Shown one piece after another: positions 24,337 through 33,869 of a stretch of DNA of 64,000 nucleotides. The DNA lies in NCBI GenBank assembly GCA_049521895.1, contig JBEKOJ010000001.1:631114-695113 (forward strand). Reading direction: 5' to 3'. Both the position numbers and the translations under genes were made by a program. Positions within the stretch are counted from its first letter, which is position 1. The number at the start of each line of letters is the position of its first letter. A model generated the notes under the pieces. The model saw only the letters and a list, made by a program, of their open reading frames with translations. It ran no database searches and was not told where the DNA came from. The DNA is from Candidatus Saccharimonadales bacterium. Lineage in GTDB: Bacteria > Patescibacteriota > Saccharimonadia > Saccharimonadales > UBA10212.

Positions 24337-26538
24337 ATGGCTAAAAAACGCAAACCTGGCCGACCCCCTAAAAAACATAGTGAGCTGGCAAAACCTTCGG
24401 CCAATTTTTGGCGCGGCGCTGGTGCCGTAGTGACTATAGTAGCTGGCGTCGTTTTAGCTTTTGGGGCGATTATTTCGGCGCCGCTGCCACACGATCTCTG
24501 GAATGGCGTGTGGTGGGCCTTTGGAGCAGCAACACTTATGGTGCCTTTGGCGCTAGTTTATCTGGGCGCCTTGAAATTTTTGAGCGAAGACCAACAGATA
24601 CCGCTGGCCAAACTGGCCGGCACCATCTGCCTGCTGGTATTTTCAGCCAGCTGGTTGCAGAGCGCTTTTCTGCAAACTGATGCCGCCACTGGTAACTCAA
24701 TTGGTGGTCACGGCGGCCACGTCGGCCAAGCGGTTGGCAATCTACTGGTAGGGGCGATGGGATGGTTTTTGGCCTCTTTAGTGTTCATTATTTTAACGTT
24801 ATTTGCGATTTTCTTTACCTTTGGTATCGAACCGCGGGTGTTGCTAAAACTGGGTAAATTATTTAGACGCGAAAAGCCCGAAGGCGGTGAAGAAGATCTT
24901 GCCGCCCTGAAAAGTAAGATGAATCCAGGTTTTCAGCTACACGAAGGCGTGCCGGTAGAGCACAGTACGCTAGCACGGGTTTCCTCGCTTCGTAACACTG
25001 CTCAAAGACTCGCGCCGGAAGCTGACCATGCAGCTCTGACTGCCGCCAGCGACCCCGATTGGCAATTTCCGTCGCTAGACTTGCTGAGCCAAAAGCAAGA
25101 TAAGGCCGACCCCGGCAATGTGCAGGAGAACGCTGAAACTATCAAAGAGACTTTTGCCAATTTCAACATCGACGTGGATGTGGAAGGCGCCAGTGTTGGC
25201 CCACGGGTTACACAATATACCATAAAGCCGCCAACAGGGGTAAAACTGACTAAACTAACGCAGCTGGAAGACAACCTCAAGTTAGACTTGGCTGCCCACA
25301 GTATCCGCATGGAGGCACCGATCCCCGGCAAACGCGCTGTGGGTGTGGAGGTGCCTAATGTTAAAGCATCAACCGTTACCATTCGTAGCCTGCTTTCCAG
25401 TCCGGAGTGGAGCGAGTCTCCAAGCAATTTAAGTTTTGCCGTGGGCAAAGACATAGTAGGTAACCCGGTAGTGGCAAATCTGGATACCATGCCTCATCTG
25501 CTGATTGCGGGGCAGACCGGTTCCGGCAAATCAGTCATGATTAATACCTTACTGACCAGCTTGCTATACCGCAATAGCCCGTCGGATATGAAGCTGATTT
25601 TGGTGGATCCTAAGCAGGTGGAAATGACCCTTTATAGAGATATTCCGCACCTGTTGGCGCCGGTTATAAATGAACCCGAAAGATGTATCAGTGCTTTTAA
25701 ATGGGCGATCGCCGAAATGGAGCGGCGCCTGAGAACTTTTGCTGAAGTGGGTACGCGCAACATCCACGAATACAACTCGGTGAAAAGAGAAGAAGGTATG
25801 CCTTACATAATCATTGTAGTGGATGAGCTGGCCGACCTGATGATGATGGCTGCCCGCGACGTGGAAGCCTTGGTGGTGCGCCTGGCAGCCAAGGCCCGGG
25901 CCGCTGGTATCCATCTGGTAATCGCCACCCAGCGCCCAAGCGTAGATGTTATAACTGGCCTGATTAAGGCCAATGTGCCAGCCCGGATCGCTTTTACCAC
26001 CGTGCAGCAGGTTGACAGCCGTACTATCATTGACCAAGCCGGCGCTGAAAAACTGCTGGGCACCGGCGACATGCTATTCTCTATCCCCGAATACGCTAAG
26101 CCCAAACGCTTGCAAGGCGCATTTATCAGTAATGCCGAGACCACTAAAGTTTGCGACTTTTTGCGTGCCCAACGCCCGCCGAGCTATAACGAAGAAGTAG
26201 TCAGCCAGCCGGTGCAGTTAACCGGCCGGGGCAGTATAGTGTCACAGATCGAAGGCGGCGCCGATGACGACATGTGGAAAGACGCCGTATCGGTGGTGGT
26301 CGCCAACCGTAAGGCCAGCACGTCTTTGCTGCAGCGCAAACTGCGCATCGGCTATGGCCGCGCCTCCCGCCTGATGGACATGATGGAAGAGCAGGGCATA
26401 ATCGGCCCGGCCGACGGCGCCAAGCCACGCGACGTGTTGGTCCATAGCGTGGATGAAGTCTTTGGCAGGGAAGAAGAAGAGCCCGCAGAACAGGCTAGAC
26501 ACGATGACGATATCTACGACGACATGCCGGACGAGTAG
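24337..26538 (+). CDS. ftsK: DNA translocase FtsK/SpoIIIE
   Basis: N-terminal TM helices. Walker A GQTGSGKS, Walker B IIVVDELADL. Gamma winged-helix domain LLQRKLRIGYGRASRLMDMMEEQGIIG. Confidence 0.95.
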   Translation: MAKKRKPGRPPKKHSELAKPSANFWRGAGAVVTIVAGVVLAFGAIISAPLPHDLWNGVWWAFGAATLMVPLALVYLGALKFLSEDQQIPLAKLAGTICLLVFSASWLQSAFLQTDAATGNSIGGHGGHVGQAVGNLLVGAMGWFLASLVFIILTLFAIFFTFGIEPRVLLKLGKLFRREKPEGGEEDLAALKSKMNPGFQLHEGVPVEHSTLARVSSLRNTAQRLAPEADHAALTAASDPDWQFPSLDLLSQKQDKADPGNVQENAETIKETFANFNIDVDVEGASVGPRVTQYTIKPPTGVKLTKLTQLEDNLKLDLAAHSIRMEAPIPGKRAVGVEVPNVKASTVTIRSLLSSPEWSESPSNLSFAVGKDIVGNPVVANLDTMPHLLIAGQTGSGKSVMINTLLTSLLYRNSPSDMKLILVDPKQVEMTLYRDIPHLLAPVINEPERCISAFKWAIAEMERRLRTFAEVGTRNIHEYNSVKREEGMPYIIIVVDELADLMMMAARDVEALVVRLAAKARAAGIHLVIATQRPSVDVITGLIKANVPARIAFTTVQQVDSRTIIDQAGAEKLLGTGDMLFSIPEYAKPKRLQGAFISNAETTKVCDFLRAQRPPSYNEEVVSQPVQLTGRGSIVSQIEGGADDDMWKDAVSVVVANRKASTSLLQRKLRIGYGRASRLMDMMEEQGIIGPADGAKPRDVLVHSVDEVFGREEEEPAEQARHDDDIYDDMPDE

Positions 26539-26557
26539 CCCTTAGGCGCAAGGAAAG

Positions 26558-26583
26558 ACGCGGTGAGAAACCGCGTAGTTTTT
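26558..26583 (+). terminator. intrinsic terminator after ftsK
   Basis: ACGCGGT-GAGAA-ACCGCGT followed by AGTTTTT. Confidence 0.7.
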
Positions 26584-26591
26584 CTCATACG

Positions 26592-27887
26592 CTAATAGCG
26601 GTAGAACTCGGGCTTAAATGGTCCGTCAGCCGAGACGTCGAGATATTTAGCTTGTGCAGGTGTAAGTTTGGTTATTTTGCCGCCCAACGCTTCTACGTGG
26701 AGTTTGGCAATTTTTTCATCTAGATGTTTAGGTAGCTGATGCACTCCCAAATCGTAATTTTTGGTAAATAACTCTATCTGGGCTAGCACCTGATTGCTAA
26801 AAGAATTGCTCATCACGAATGATGGATGGCCGGTGGCATTACCCAGATTTACTAGCCGGCCTTCGGCCAGCAGTATTATGCGGTGCCCGTCTGGGAAGCT
26901 ATATAGATCTACCTGCGGTTTGATTTCTTGCTTTTTAATCCCAGGCAGGCAGTTTAACTCAGCGACCTGAATTTCGGTATCAAAATGGCCGATATTGCAG
27001 ACAATGGCTGTATCTTTCATCAACTTCATGTGATCTATCGTAATGACATCATTGCAACCGGTGGCCGTTACAAATATGTCGGCTTCTTTTACCGCTTGTT
27101 CCATAGTTACGACCTCGTAACCTTCCATCAAGGCCTGCAAAGCGCAAATCGGGTCAATTTCTGTGATAAGCACACGGCAACCGTAAGAGGCCAGCGATTG
27201 GGCGCTGCCTTTACCCACGTCGCCGTAACCGGCGACTACGGCGACTTTTCCAGCCAGCATTACGTCAGTGGCACGCTTTATGCCGTCTACTAGTGACTCC
27301 CGGCAACCATACTTATTATCGAACTTACTTTTGGTGACAGAGTCGTTAACATTTATTGCCGGGACTTTAAGCTTGCCGACCTTCAACATCTGGTAGAGCT
27401 GGTGAACTCCAGTGGTAGTTTCTTCTGAGATGCCCTTAATTCCCGCCAGTAGTTTTGGATATTTGTCGTGCACCCACTTAGTTAAATCACCACCATCATC
27501 CAGTATCATGTTGGGGCCTTTTCCGCCCGCGAATTTTAGGGTTTGGTCAACGCACCACCAGTATTCTTTCTCCGTTTCACCCTTCCAGGCAAACACCGGT
27601 ACGCCGGTTGCAGCAATGGCCGCCGCCGCGTGGTCTTGGGTGCTAAAAATATTGCACGATGCCCAGCGAACTTCGGCTTCCAATTCTTTCAAAGTTTCAA
27701 TTAAAACAGCCGTTTGGATAGTCATATGCAAGCACCCGGCAATCCGAGCGCCTTTGAGGGGCTTTTTGGCTGCGTACTCCGCGCGGATACTCATTAAACC
27801 TGGCATCTCTTTTTCTGCCAGAATAATTTCCGTGCGGCCCCACTTGGCCAGGCTTATGTCCTTAACTTTATAATCAGTTTTTGGCAT
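26592..27887 (-). CDS. ahcY: adenosylhomocysteinase
   Basis: 431 aa. DDGGDLT, the NAD-binding motif GYGDVGKG and GHFDTEI motifs. Confidence 0.95.
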   Translation of the reverse strand: MPKTDYKVKDISLAKWGRTEIILAEKEMPGLMSIRAEYAAKKPLKGARIAGCLHMTIQTAVLIETLKELEAEVRWASCNIFSTQDHAAAAIAATGVPVFAWKGETEKEYWWCVDQTLKFAGGKGPNMILDDGGDLTKWVHDKYPKLLAGIKGISEETTTGVHQLYQMLKVGKLKVPAINVNDSVTKSKFDNKYGCRESLVDGIKRATDVMLAGKVAVVAGYGDVGKGSAQSLASYGCRVLITEIDPICALQALMEGYEVVTMEQAVKEADIFVTATGCNDVITIDHMKLMKDTAIVCNIGHFDTEIQVAELNCLPGIKKQEIKPQVDLYSFPDGHRIILLAEGRLVNLGNATGHPSFVMSNSFSNQVLAQIELFTKNYDLGVHQLPKHLDEKIAKLHVEALGGKITKLTPAQAKYLDVSADGPFKPEFYRY

Positions 27888-27904
27888 GACAACTCCTTTA
27901 TAGC

Positions 27905-28861
27905 TTATTTAGGTAACAGCTCTTTAAATTCTCGCTGGTAGCGTGAGGCTGCCTCATTCAAGTTAAACACATGATTTTGAGTACCGGGCTGTTCTATCGC
28001 ATAAGCTGCACAAATGGCACCTAGCCTTGCCGATATTTTTAAATCCCAGCCGCGGACGTAACCATGCAAAAAACCGGCTCTATAAGCGTCCCCGGCACCC
28101 GTAGGGTCAACTATCTTCTTGGGTTTACCAATACCAATGTGAATAGGTTTTGGCACGTTTTTACCTTCTACGACTGAACCTTGGCTGCCCAAGGTCGTTA
28201 TTACTATTGGTACGAGTGATTTTACTTCAGTTTCGGTCCTTCCGGTCTTTTGGCAAATAACGGACAGCTCGTAGTCGTTTACAATAAGCACCTCGGCCAC
28301 GCTTACCCCAGCTCGAATATCCTCACCACTAATATTAGTAACTTGCTGGCTAACATCATAAAAAAGCCGCAGTCCAAACTCTTTACACTGGGCAACCTGG
28401 TGATTCATTGCCTTAGGATCATGCGGCGCAATTACCATAAAGGCATCTTTATTTTTCCAAGGCGCAAAGCTGAGTTTGGCGCTATCAAACATGGCGCCGG
28501 GGTAAAAACCGCCAATCTGGCGGTTGCCGCCATCAGTGAATACGTTAAAACTGGCAGTGGGCAGTTGGCTTTTATGTACGTGCTTGGTGTTTATGCCTAA
28601 TTTGTCCAGATCTTGCATATATTCATCGGCCTCTCGTCCAACTGAGCCTAGGAGCACAGGCTGATTGCCAAGTAGTGCCATAGTGTAAGCAATGTTAGCG
28701 CCAATGCCGCCACGACTATCAGCCAAATTATCTAAGAATATAGAAATGGATAATGAATGAATCTTCTCAAACTTAATCAAATCCGTAAAATGCCCACCAA
28801 AATTCATAATGCGGTCAATGGCAATTGAGCCCGAGATGACAACTAACGGCAAATTTTGCAC
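27905..28861 (-). CDS. PfkB-family carbohydrate/nucleoside kinase (adenosine kinase candidate)
   Basis: The [14 protein letters not shown] motif is the PfkB signature. Directly upstream of ahcY. GTG start 7 nt after the extended -10 TGCTAAGAT. Confidence 0.8.
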   Translation of the reverse strand: MQNLPLVVISGSIAIDRIMNFGGHFTDLIKFEKIHSLSISIFLDNLADSRGGIGANIAYTMALLGNQPVLLGSVGREADEYMQDLDKLGINTKHVHKSQLPTASFNVFTDGGNRQIGGFYPGAMFDSAKLSFAPWKNKDAFMVIAPHDPKAMNHQVAQCKEFGLRLFYDVSQQVTNISGEDIRAGVSVAEVLIVNDYELSVICQKTGRTETEVKSLVPIVITTLGSQGSVVEGKNVPKPIHIGIGKPKKIVDPTGAGDAYRAGFLHGYVRGWDLKISARLGAICAAYAIEQPGTQNHVFNLNEAASRYQREFKELLPK

Positions 28862-28868
28862 TGAGGTA

Positions 28869-28877
28869 ATCTTAGCA
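28869..28877 (-). promoter_or_regulatory. extended -10 promoter of the PfkB kinase-ahcY operon (leaderless-type)
   Basis: The reverse strand reads TGCTAAGAT, ending 7 nt before GTG 28861. Confidence 0.5.
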
Positions 28878-28952
28878 GGGGCTTAAGGCCGTAAGCAAGT
28901 AATGGCTGATGGATATGATGGAAGAAAGCGGGATAAATTGCGAAATTATTAC

Positions 28953-28983
28953 AAAAAGCTTGCGTTAATCCAGCAAGCTTTTT
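28953..28983. terminator. bidirectional hairpin terminator
   Basis: AAAAAGCTTGC-GTTAATCCA-GCAAGCTTTTT, with an A-tract and a T-tract on either side. Confidence 0.6.
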
Positions 28984-29082
28984 ATTATAAGGCTAGAGGG
29001 TTAACAAAAATGGCAGGAATGAAACCATGCATCCGGGATTAAATGCCATCCCTGACTGTGTTTCGGGCAACCAAAGCCTATC

Positions 29083-29110
29083 CGCGCCTTTAAGCGCGGA
29101 TTTTTGTTTT
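29083..29110 (+). terminator. intrinsic terminator inside the leader of the 29124 ORF (possible attenuator)
   Basis: ATCCGCGC-CTTTAA-GCGCGGAT followed by TTTTTGTTTT. The AAGGAGG RBS follows immediately. Confidence 0.6.
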
Positions 29111-29123
29111 AAGGAGGGCTGGC

Positions 29124-29909
29124 GTGCCTGACCTAAGAGAAATGGCTCAAGCTGACAAGATAACTGGACTCCCCTATCATATATATTATGGCCCTGAGCA
29201 TCTTGGTCTAGCTTCTGACATTCATCATGGTAATCAGGGTAATATTCTGGTAAGGTCTGTATTCCCAAAAATCGTAGCTGATGCGTATCGAGCATCCCGG
29301 GTACATAGGGTGCCGATAGAATTTCATAGCGGCGGCTCCCCAATCGGCTTCCATAAAAAATACGCTAGTACTGATTTAGCCCTAGGCATTAGCGGCCCAA
29401 ATGAAAAAATATCTCTAGCCATTTCAGGCGTTGTGCCTCGCTGGGCTTATGATATGAGAAGCGGCGAAGGACTTCTAAAGTATTTAAGTGATGAAGAGCA
29501 CGAGTTTCTAACCAGCCCAGAAAGAACATTCGTCGAAGGAACTCACTCCAGACCCAGTAAAAGAGAGAGGCATCGCTTAGCTATAGGCCATTACTATGCC
29601 TACCAGGCTCTGCAGCAGTTGATGACACAAGACGAAGCAGCTAATAATATAGAGAAGATTCTTCTGAGCAGTGACGAAACAGTAATTCGCGCGCTAGGTA
29701 GTTTAATGTATGAACAATCGTTGGATATTTTAGATGATCTGCTACAGCCTACCATGACAATTTATGCAGAAGCTAAGAAACAAGGTATGGTACCTGCGTG
29801 GTCAAGAGAGCCCCATCTTGCTATGCGCGAGTATTTGCCAGCAGCCAGATTTGGCGAATATCTTCAGGCGGGCGGCGTAGCAGACGAATCAGAAAGTTTG
29901 GCAGCCTAA
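29124..29909 (+). CDS. hypothetical protein
   Basis: 261-aa ORF. GTG start 7 nt after a strong AAGGAGG RBS. No motif recognised. Confidence 0.6.
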   Translation: MPDLREMAQADKITGLPYHIYYGPEHLGLASDIHHGNQGNILVRSVFPKIVADAYRASRVHRVPIEFHSGGSPIGFHKKYASTDLALGISGPNEKISLAISGVVPRWAYDMRSGEGLLKYLSDEEHEFLTSPERTFVEGTHSRPSKRERHRLAIGHYYAYQALQQLMTQDEAANNIEKILLSSDETVIRALGSLMYEQSLDILDDLLQPTMTIYAEAKKQGMVPAWSREPHLAMREYLPAARFGEYLQAGGVADESESLAA

Positions 29910-30026
29910 ATGATAGCTTTACAAACAGGGGTGAGAGTGCTACCATTACAAGCGTAAACAACTAACTTCAGGTTGGGGCGACTCATATAGGCACCCAGCC
30001 CGAGACCAAAGGAAGGAGTGCGAGTT

Positions 30027-30413
30027 TTGAATCAGTACGAGATTGCGGTGCTTTATCACCCGGATCTAGAAATTGATTTGGCTAAGGCCGAGGACCGCGT
30101 TAAAAAAATCATCGCCGACAATGGCGGCGAAATCACCAAAACCGACAATTGGGGTAAGCGCAAGCTGGCTTATCCTATCAACAAACAGGAGCACGCCGTA
30201 TATGTTTTTTACGACGTATTAATGCCTGCCGAGAACGTCCAAAAAGCCGAACAGACCCTCAACATAACGGATGAGATCATTCGCTTTTTGATAACCAAAC
30301 CGGATCTGAAGGCCAAAGCCAAGGCAGAGGCGCTAAAGGCTGAAAAAGCCAAAAAAGCGGCCGAGAGCGACGACGAGGACGAAGAATCCACTGATGATAA
30401 AGAGGAAGAGTAG
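30027..30413 (+). CDS. rpsF: 30S ribosomal protein S6 with acidic C-terminal tail
   Basis: NQYEIAVLYHPDLE.. aligns with the S6 N-terminus. I prefer TTG 30027 (7 nt after GGAG) over the GTG 30018 used by the ORF track. Confidence 0.88.
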   Translation: MNQYEIAVLYHPDLEIDLAKAEDRVKKIIADNGGEITKTDNWGKRKLAYPINKQEHAVYVFYDVLMPAENVQKAEQTLNITDEIIRFLITKPDLKAKAKAEALKAEKAKKAAESDDEDEESTDDKEEE

Positions 30414-30442
30414 TAAAATTAGGTTAATAAGGAGATTTTGAG

Positions 30443-30934
30443 ATGGCAAGAAGTTTTAATCAAGCAACATTGATGGGTAACCTAACCCGCGATCCAGAGC
30501 TGCGCACTACGCCCAACGGCCAGAGCGTTTGCAATTTTGGGCTGGCGCTAAACCGCAGTTACAAGAGTGCCGACGGCGAGTGGGTAGAAGCCACAGATTT
30601 TGTCGACATCGTAGCTTGGGGGCCGCTGGGCGAACGGGTCGCGCAGTATCTAAGCAAGGGCCGTCCGGCACTAGTCAGCGGTAGGTTGCAGAGCCGCAGC
30701 TGGGAACAAGACGGCCAAAAACGCAACAAACTGGAAGTTGTGGCCCAAGACGTGACGTTTCTGGGCAGCCCGGGCGGAGCACCGTCCGGTGCAGTGCCAA
30801 AAGACGATGACCAGACCGCTGACGAACCAGCAGCCGCACCCGCCAAAAAAGCCGCCGGCAAGAAAAAAGATGAAGATGTAGTTATTGAGGATATCGGCGA
30901 CGAGCCTATCAACCTCGACGATATTCCTTTTTAG
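30443..30934 (+). CDS. ssb: single-stranded DNA-binding protein
   Basis: OB-fold N-terminus (ATLMGNLTRDPELRTTPNGQSVCNFGLA), a disordered linker and the acidic tip DDIPF. Confidence 0.93.
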   Translation: MARSFNQATLMGNLTRDPELRTTPNGQSVCNFGLALNRSYKSADGEWVEATDFVDIVAWGPLGERVAQYLSKGRPALVSGRLQSRSWEQDGQKRNKLEVVAQDVTFLGSPGGAPSGAVPKDDDQTADEPAAAPAKKAAGKKKDEDVVIEDIGDEPINLDDIPF

Positions 30935-30969
30935 GGAGTAGTGGGTAGAGAGTAGAGAATAGTAAGTCC
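30935..30969. repeat. short heptad tract (GTAG-type)
   Basis: GAGTAGT GGGTAGA GAGTAGA GAATAGT, between ssb and the extra ORF. Confidence 0.6.
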
Positions 30970-31272
30970 ATGCAAGAATTTTTAACAAGAGAGTCTGCAA
31001 AATGGGTAGAGCTGCCTTTGAATCCAGTTGACCGTCACAGACGCGTTCTAGAGTATCTTGGGGATCGAAGCTTTACAGGCGCACGAGTGATTCTTAACCC
31101 GACTGAACGACCGGATGTGAAAGAACTGGCTGACAAGGATCCTATGACTGTAATAGTTCATACTTTTAACCCAATCTACGGTAGATGGACATTGCGAAAG
31201 GTCGCAAAGACTTTAGAGGCAGTTGACCGAATGGTCAGTGACGAAATTATAGAAGGAGGTATTGAGAACTAA
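30970..31272 (+). CDS. hypothetical protein inserted between ssb and rpsR
   Basis: 100-aa ORF. Its stop TAA overlaps the rpsR ATG by 1 nt. Preceded by a heptad tract at 30935-30969. Confidence 0.5.
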   Translation: MQEFLTRESAKWVELPLNPVDRHRRVLEYLGDRSFTGARVILNPTERPDVKELADKDPMTVIVHTFNPIYGRWTLRKVAKTLEAVDRMVSDEIIEGGIEN

Positions 31273-31475
31273 TGGCAAAGATATTTAAACACCGGACGGA
31301 CGTAGCCTATTTTGACTACAAGGATTTTAAGACCTTGCAGCGCTACGTTAACCAGTACGGTCAGATAGAACAACGTAAAAAAACCGGTCTGACCGAGTCT
31401 AAGCAGCGTCAGCTGGCCCGGGCCATCAAGCGAGCCCGCCACATCGCTTTGCTACCATTTGTATCCAACGGCTAA
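31272..31475 (+). CDS. rpsR: 30S ribosomal protein S18
   Basis: DYKDFKTLQRYVNQYGQIEQRKKTGLTESKQRQLARAIKRARHIALLPF is canonical S18. Confidence 0.93.
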   Translation: MAKIFKHRTDVAYFDYKDFKTLQRYVNQYGQIEQRKKTGLTESKQRQLARAIKRARHIALLPFVSNG

Positions 31476-31618
31476 TAAAACTTTCGAGGCGGCGCACTGT
31501 GGCGTCAAAGCCTGCGCGCCTCACTCGAAGTATTGGCAAAATACATCTCTTTCCAGTGCTCGGCTCTTCCTTACATTGCATTCACCTAGAAAGTTTTAGA
31601 AAATGAACAAGGATTTAT

Positions 31619-32188
31619 ATGGCTTTATCAATTACTAATCTTAAAAAAGGGACGATTTTTGCGCTGGACGACGTGCCATACCGGGTGCTGGAGTATAGCC
31701 ATAAAGTTATGGGCCGCGGTGGTTCAACCGTAAATGTTAAGATCAAAAGCCTGATAGATGGTAGAGTGCTGGCCAAAACTTTTCATGGTAGTGACCAAGT
31801 TGATGGCGCCGATGTGGCCAACCGGCCGATGCAATACCTGTATGCCGACGGAACAAAATTTTATTTCATGGATCCGGTGAGCTTTGACCAATTTGAATTG
31901 CCTGCCGGGCTATTGGAAGACAAAGCCGGCTTCATGCGCGAGGGCGACGAAATTACCGCCCAGTTTTTTGATGGCCGCATTATTAATATCGAACTGCCCA
32001 AAAACCTGTCGCTAAAAGTTACTTATACCGAAAATGCTGTGAAAGGCGACACATCCAGCGCCATCACCAAAGACGCAACACTCGAGACCGGCATGACCAT
32101 CAAAGTACCGGCTTTTATTAACCAAGGCGACGTTATCAGCGTGGATACGCTGACGGGGACTTACCGTGAACGAAAAAAAGACCAATGA
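31619..32188 (+). CDS. efp: elongation factor P
   Basis: 189 aa. NLKKGTIFALDDVPYRVLEYSHKVMGRGGSTVNVKIK (KOW-like domain I) and OB domains II/III. Confidence 0.93.
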   Translation: MALSITNLKKGTIFALDDVPYRVLEYSHKVMGRGGSTVNVKIKSLIDGRVLAKTFHGSDQVDGADVANRPMQYLYADGTKFYFMDPVSFDQFELPAGLLEDKAGFMREGDEITAQFFDGRIINIELPKNLSLKVTYTENAVKGDTSSAITKDATLETGMTIKVPAFINQGDVISVDTLTGTYRERKKDQ

Positions 32189-32706
32189 TTACTACCTATG
32201 ACAACTTACCTCTGGTACGACAAGAAGCAGAAGAACCGCCAATCTTTTTAAAAACCGGATCTTTTGATCTTTTTCATGAAGGGCACATAGATATACTGAA
32301 GTTCTTGAAATCCCTGGGCGGCATTTCGGTTGTCGGTGTCTCGCCGGATAGTCGAGTTAGGCAGAGAAAGGGACCCGGCAGACCAGTCAAAAATGAAAAT
32401 GCTGGAGTTCAGGACGTCGAAGATAGCGGTTTAGTTAATTACGTGTTTGTTATGCCTGAGGGAGTACTTGGCGTACCCAAATCTATCAATAGATTAAGGC
32501 CTGATGCATTCGTTGAACACCGGTCAGATTCTATAGGAGTGGGAATCACAAAAGCCTTATTGGGATTAATAAGAGTTAAATACGTAGTTTGCGACGACCC
32601 AAGAATTTGCTCCACGACAGAGATTATTGAAAGTAAAACAAGATTAGCCGTCGAAACATCTGTCCTTACTAAACAGGGCGATATCATTGGCGAAAGGGTA
32701 AAGTAA
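32185..32706 (+). CDS. cytidylyltransferase-like nucleotidyltransferase
   Basis: HxGH motif in GSFDLFHEGHIDIL. ATGA overlap with efp. Confidence 0.65.
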   Translation: MITTYDNLPLVRQEAEEPPIFLKTGSFDLFHEGHIDILKFLKSLGGISVVGVSPDSRVRQRKGPGRPVKNENAGVQDVEDSGLVNYVFVMPEGVLGVPKSINRLRPDAFVEHRSDSIGVGITKALLGLIRVKYVVCDDPRICSTTEIIESKTRLAVETSVLTKQGDIIGERVK

Positions 32707-33201
32707 ATGGCCGGGCGGAATGAGCATTTGGTCGTGATAATGCTTGAGCCAATGCCGATGGGTGAGGAATTCGAAATCTGGCCGCCACATATCACTTTGG
32801 TGCCGTGGTTCCCGTGCGATGATGGCCAGCGTCTGGATGAAACTTTAGTCAAGGTCGCCAGCCGGCACAAAAACTTTGTAGTAGAAGCAGGCAAGGTGGA
32901 AACATGGGGAGGAAAAAAGAAATATGAGGCCCAAAAAATAAATGACGGCGGCGAACTAGGCCGGCTGCACTGGGATATCTTTCATAGCCTGGAGAAAAAC
33001 GGCTTCCCGCTGCACCAAAAAGATTTTTTGGGCGAACGCTATACGCCGCACATCGCCTTGCGCAACCGCCTGCAAAAAGGCCAGGCGCTGGAACGCGGCC
33101 GGGAAATAGCAATAGCGAAATTTACGTTGGTCAAACAGCTAAGGTTGAAAGACTCTGGACGGATGATAAAATCACCAGTGAAAGACTATGAACTCAGCTG
33201 A
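32707..33201 (+). CDS. 2H phosphoesterase superfamily (LigT-like) protein
   Basis: Two HxT/S-type motifs: PHITLVPW and TPHIALRN. Confidence 0.6.
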   Translation: MAGRNEHLVVIMLEPMPMGEEFEIWPPHITLVPWFPCDDGQRLDETLVKVASRHKNFVVEAGKVETWGGKKKYEAQKINDGGELGRLHWDIFHSLEKNGFPLHQKDFLGERYTPHIALRNRLQKGQALERGREIAIAKFTLVKQLRLKDSGRMIKSPVKDYELS

Positions 33202-33772
33202 AAACCCGCGCTATGTTAGCCGTGCCGCACTTAAGCTGGCTGGTGCTTCTGCCAATTTTGGATTAGATTTCACGGATAAAACAGTGCTGGATGTGGGCAG
33301 CAGCACCGGTGGTTTCACCGATTTTGCCTTAAAAAATGGCGCCCAAAAAGTCATTGCCGTGGATGTCGGCACTGATCAGATGCATTCCAGCCTGCGCCAT
33401 GATCCGCGGGTTGAACTGCATGAAAAAACCGACATCAGGGACTTTAAACTGGACGCTAAACCAGACCTCATCTTAATAGACGTGAGTTTTATTTCGCTGC
33501 ATGAAGTTCTGCCGGCGGTGGTCAGATTATCATCAAAAAATACCCAAATCGTGGCTATGTGCAAACCACAATTTGAAGCCAGTGCTAAAGATTTGAACAG
33601 GGGAGTGATAAAAAATGACACGCTGCGGCGAAGAATTCTAAAGGATTTTGAGGCTTGGGCAAAAGATCTGTTCATAATTGAAGCCAAAACTGACAGTGAA
33701 ATAGCTGGCAGTAGGGGTAATGTAGAGCGTTTTTATTTGCTCAAGATCAAAGCCCCGAGGCCTAAACATTAA
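33188..33772 (+). CDS. tlyA: TlyA-like rRNA 2'-O-methyltransferase (FtsJ domain, no S4 domain)
   Basis: YVSRAALKLAGA..VLDVGSSTGGFTDFALKNGAQKVIAVDVG..DVSFISL. Confidence 0.8.
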   Translation: MNSAENPRYVSRAALKLAGASANFGLDFTDKTVLDVGSSTGGFTDFALKNGAQKVIAVDVGTDQMHSSLRHDPRVELHEKTDIRDFKLDAKPDLILIDVSFISLHEVLPAVVRLSSKNTQIVAMCKPQFEASAKDLNRGVIKNDTLRRRILKDFEAWAKDLFIIEAKTDSEIAGSRGNVERFYLLKIKAPRPKH

Positions 33773-33789
33773 ATCTGAACTCAACAACG
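33764..33789. repeat. direct repeat copy 1 (tlyA stop / ancestral ychF 3' end)
   Basis: AAACATTAAATCTGAACTCAACAACG, against AGACATTAAATCTGAACTCAACTACG at 33872-33897 (24/26 identical). Confidence 0.85.
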
Positions 33790-33796
33790 AAATATG

Positions 33797-33819
33797 AGGA
33801 ACCCCACGCGGGTTCCTCA
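33797..33819. terminator. hairpin between convergent tlyA and ychF
   Basis: GAGGAACCC-CACGC-GGGTTCCTC. The T-rich tract is on the minus-strand side only. Confidence 0.55.
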
Positions 33820-33869
33820 CCTGAGCCGGGCACGAAATAAATTCGACGTTCGGGCTGCTCTTCCTGTAG

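Noticed and set aside
28993-29343. 116-aa minus-strand ORF overlapping the 5' part of the 29124 gene
   Set aside because: It starts at TTG with no RBS or promoter. It also contains the plus-strand terminator hairpin. The plus-strand ORF has AAGGAGG-N7-GTG and ordinary codon usage. The nearby bidirectional terminator made me hesitate, so this rejection is moderate, not absolute.
31480-31540. Imperfect inverted repeat after rpsR (ACTTTCGAGGCGGCGC...GCGCGCCTCACTCGAAGT) as a fifth family-1 element copy
   Set aside because: It shares only short strings (TTCGAG, CTCACT) with family 1 and lacks the CCCGGCAGT/ACTGCCGGG ends. It is probably just a terminator-like hairpin.
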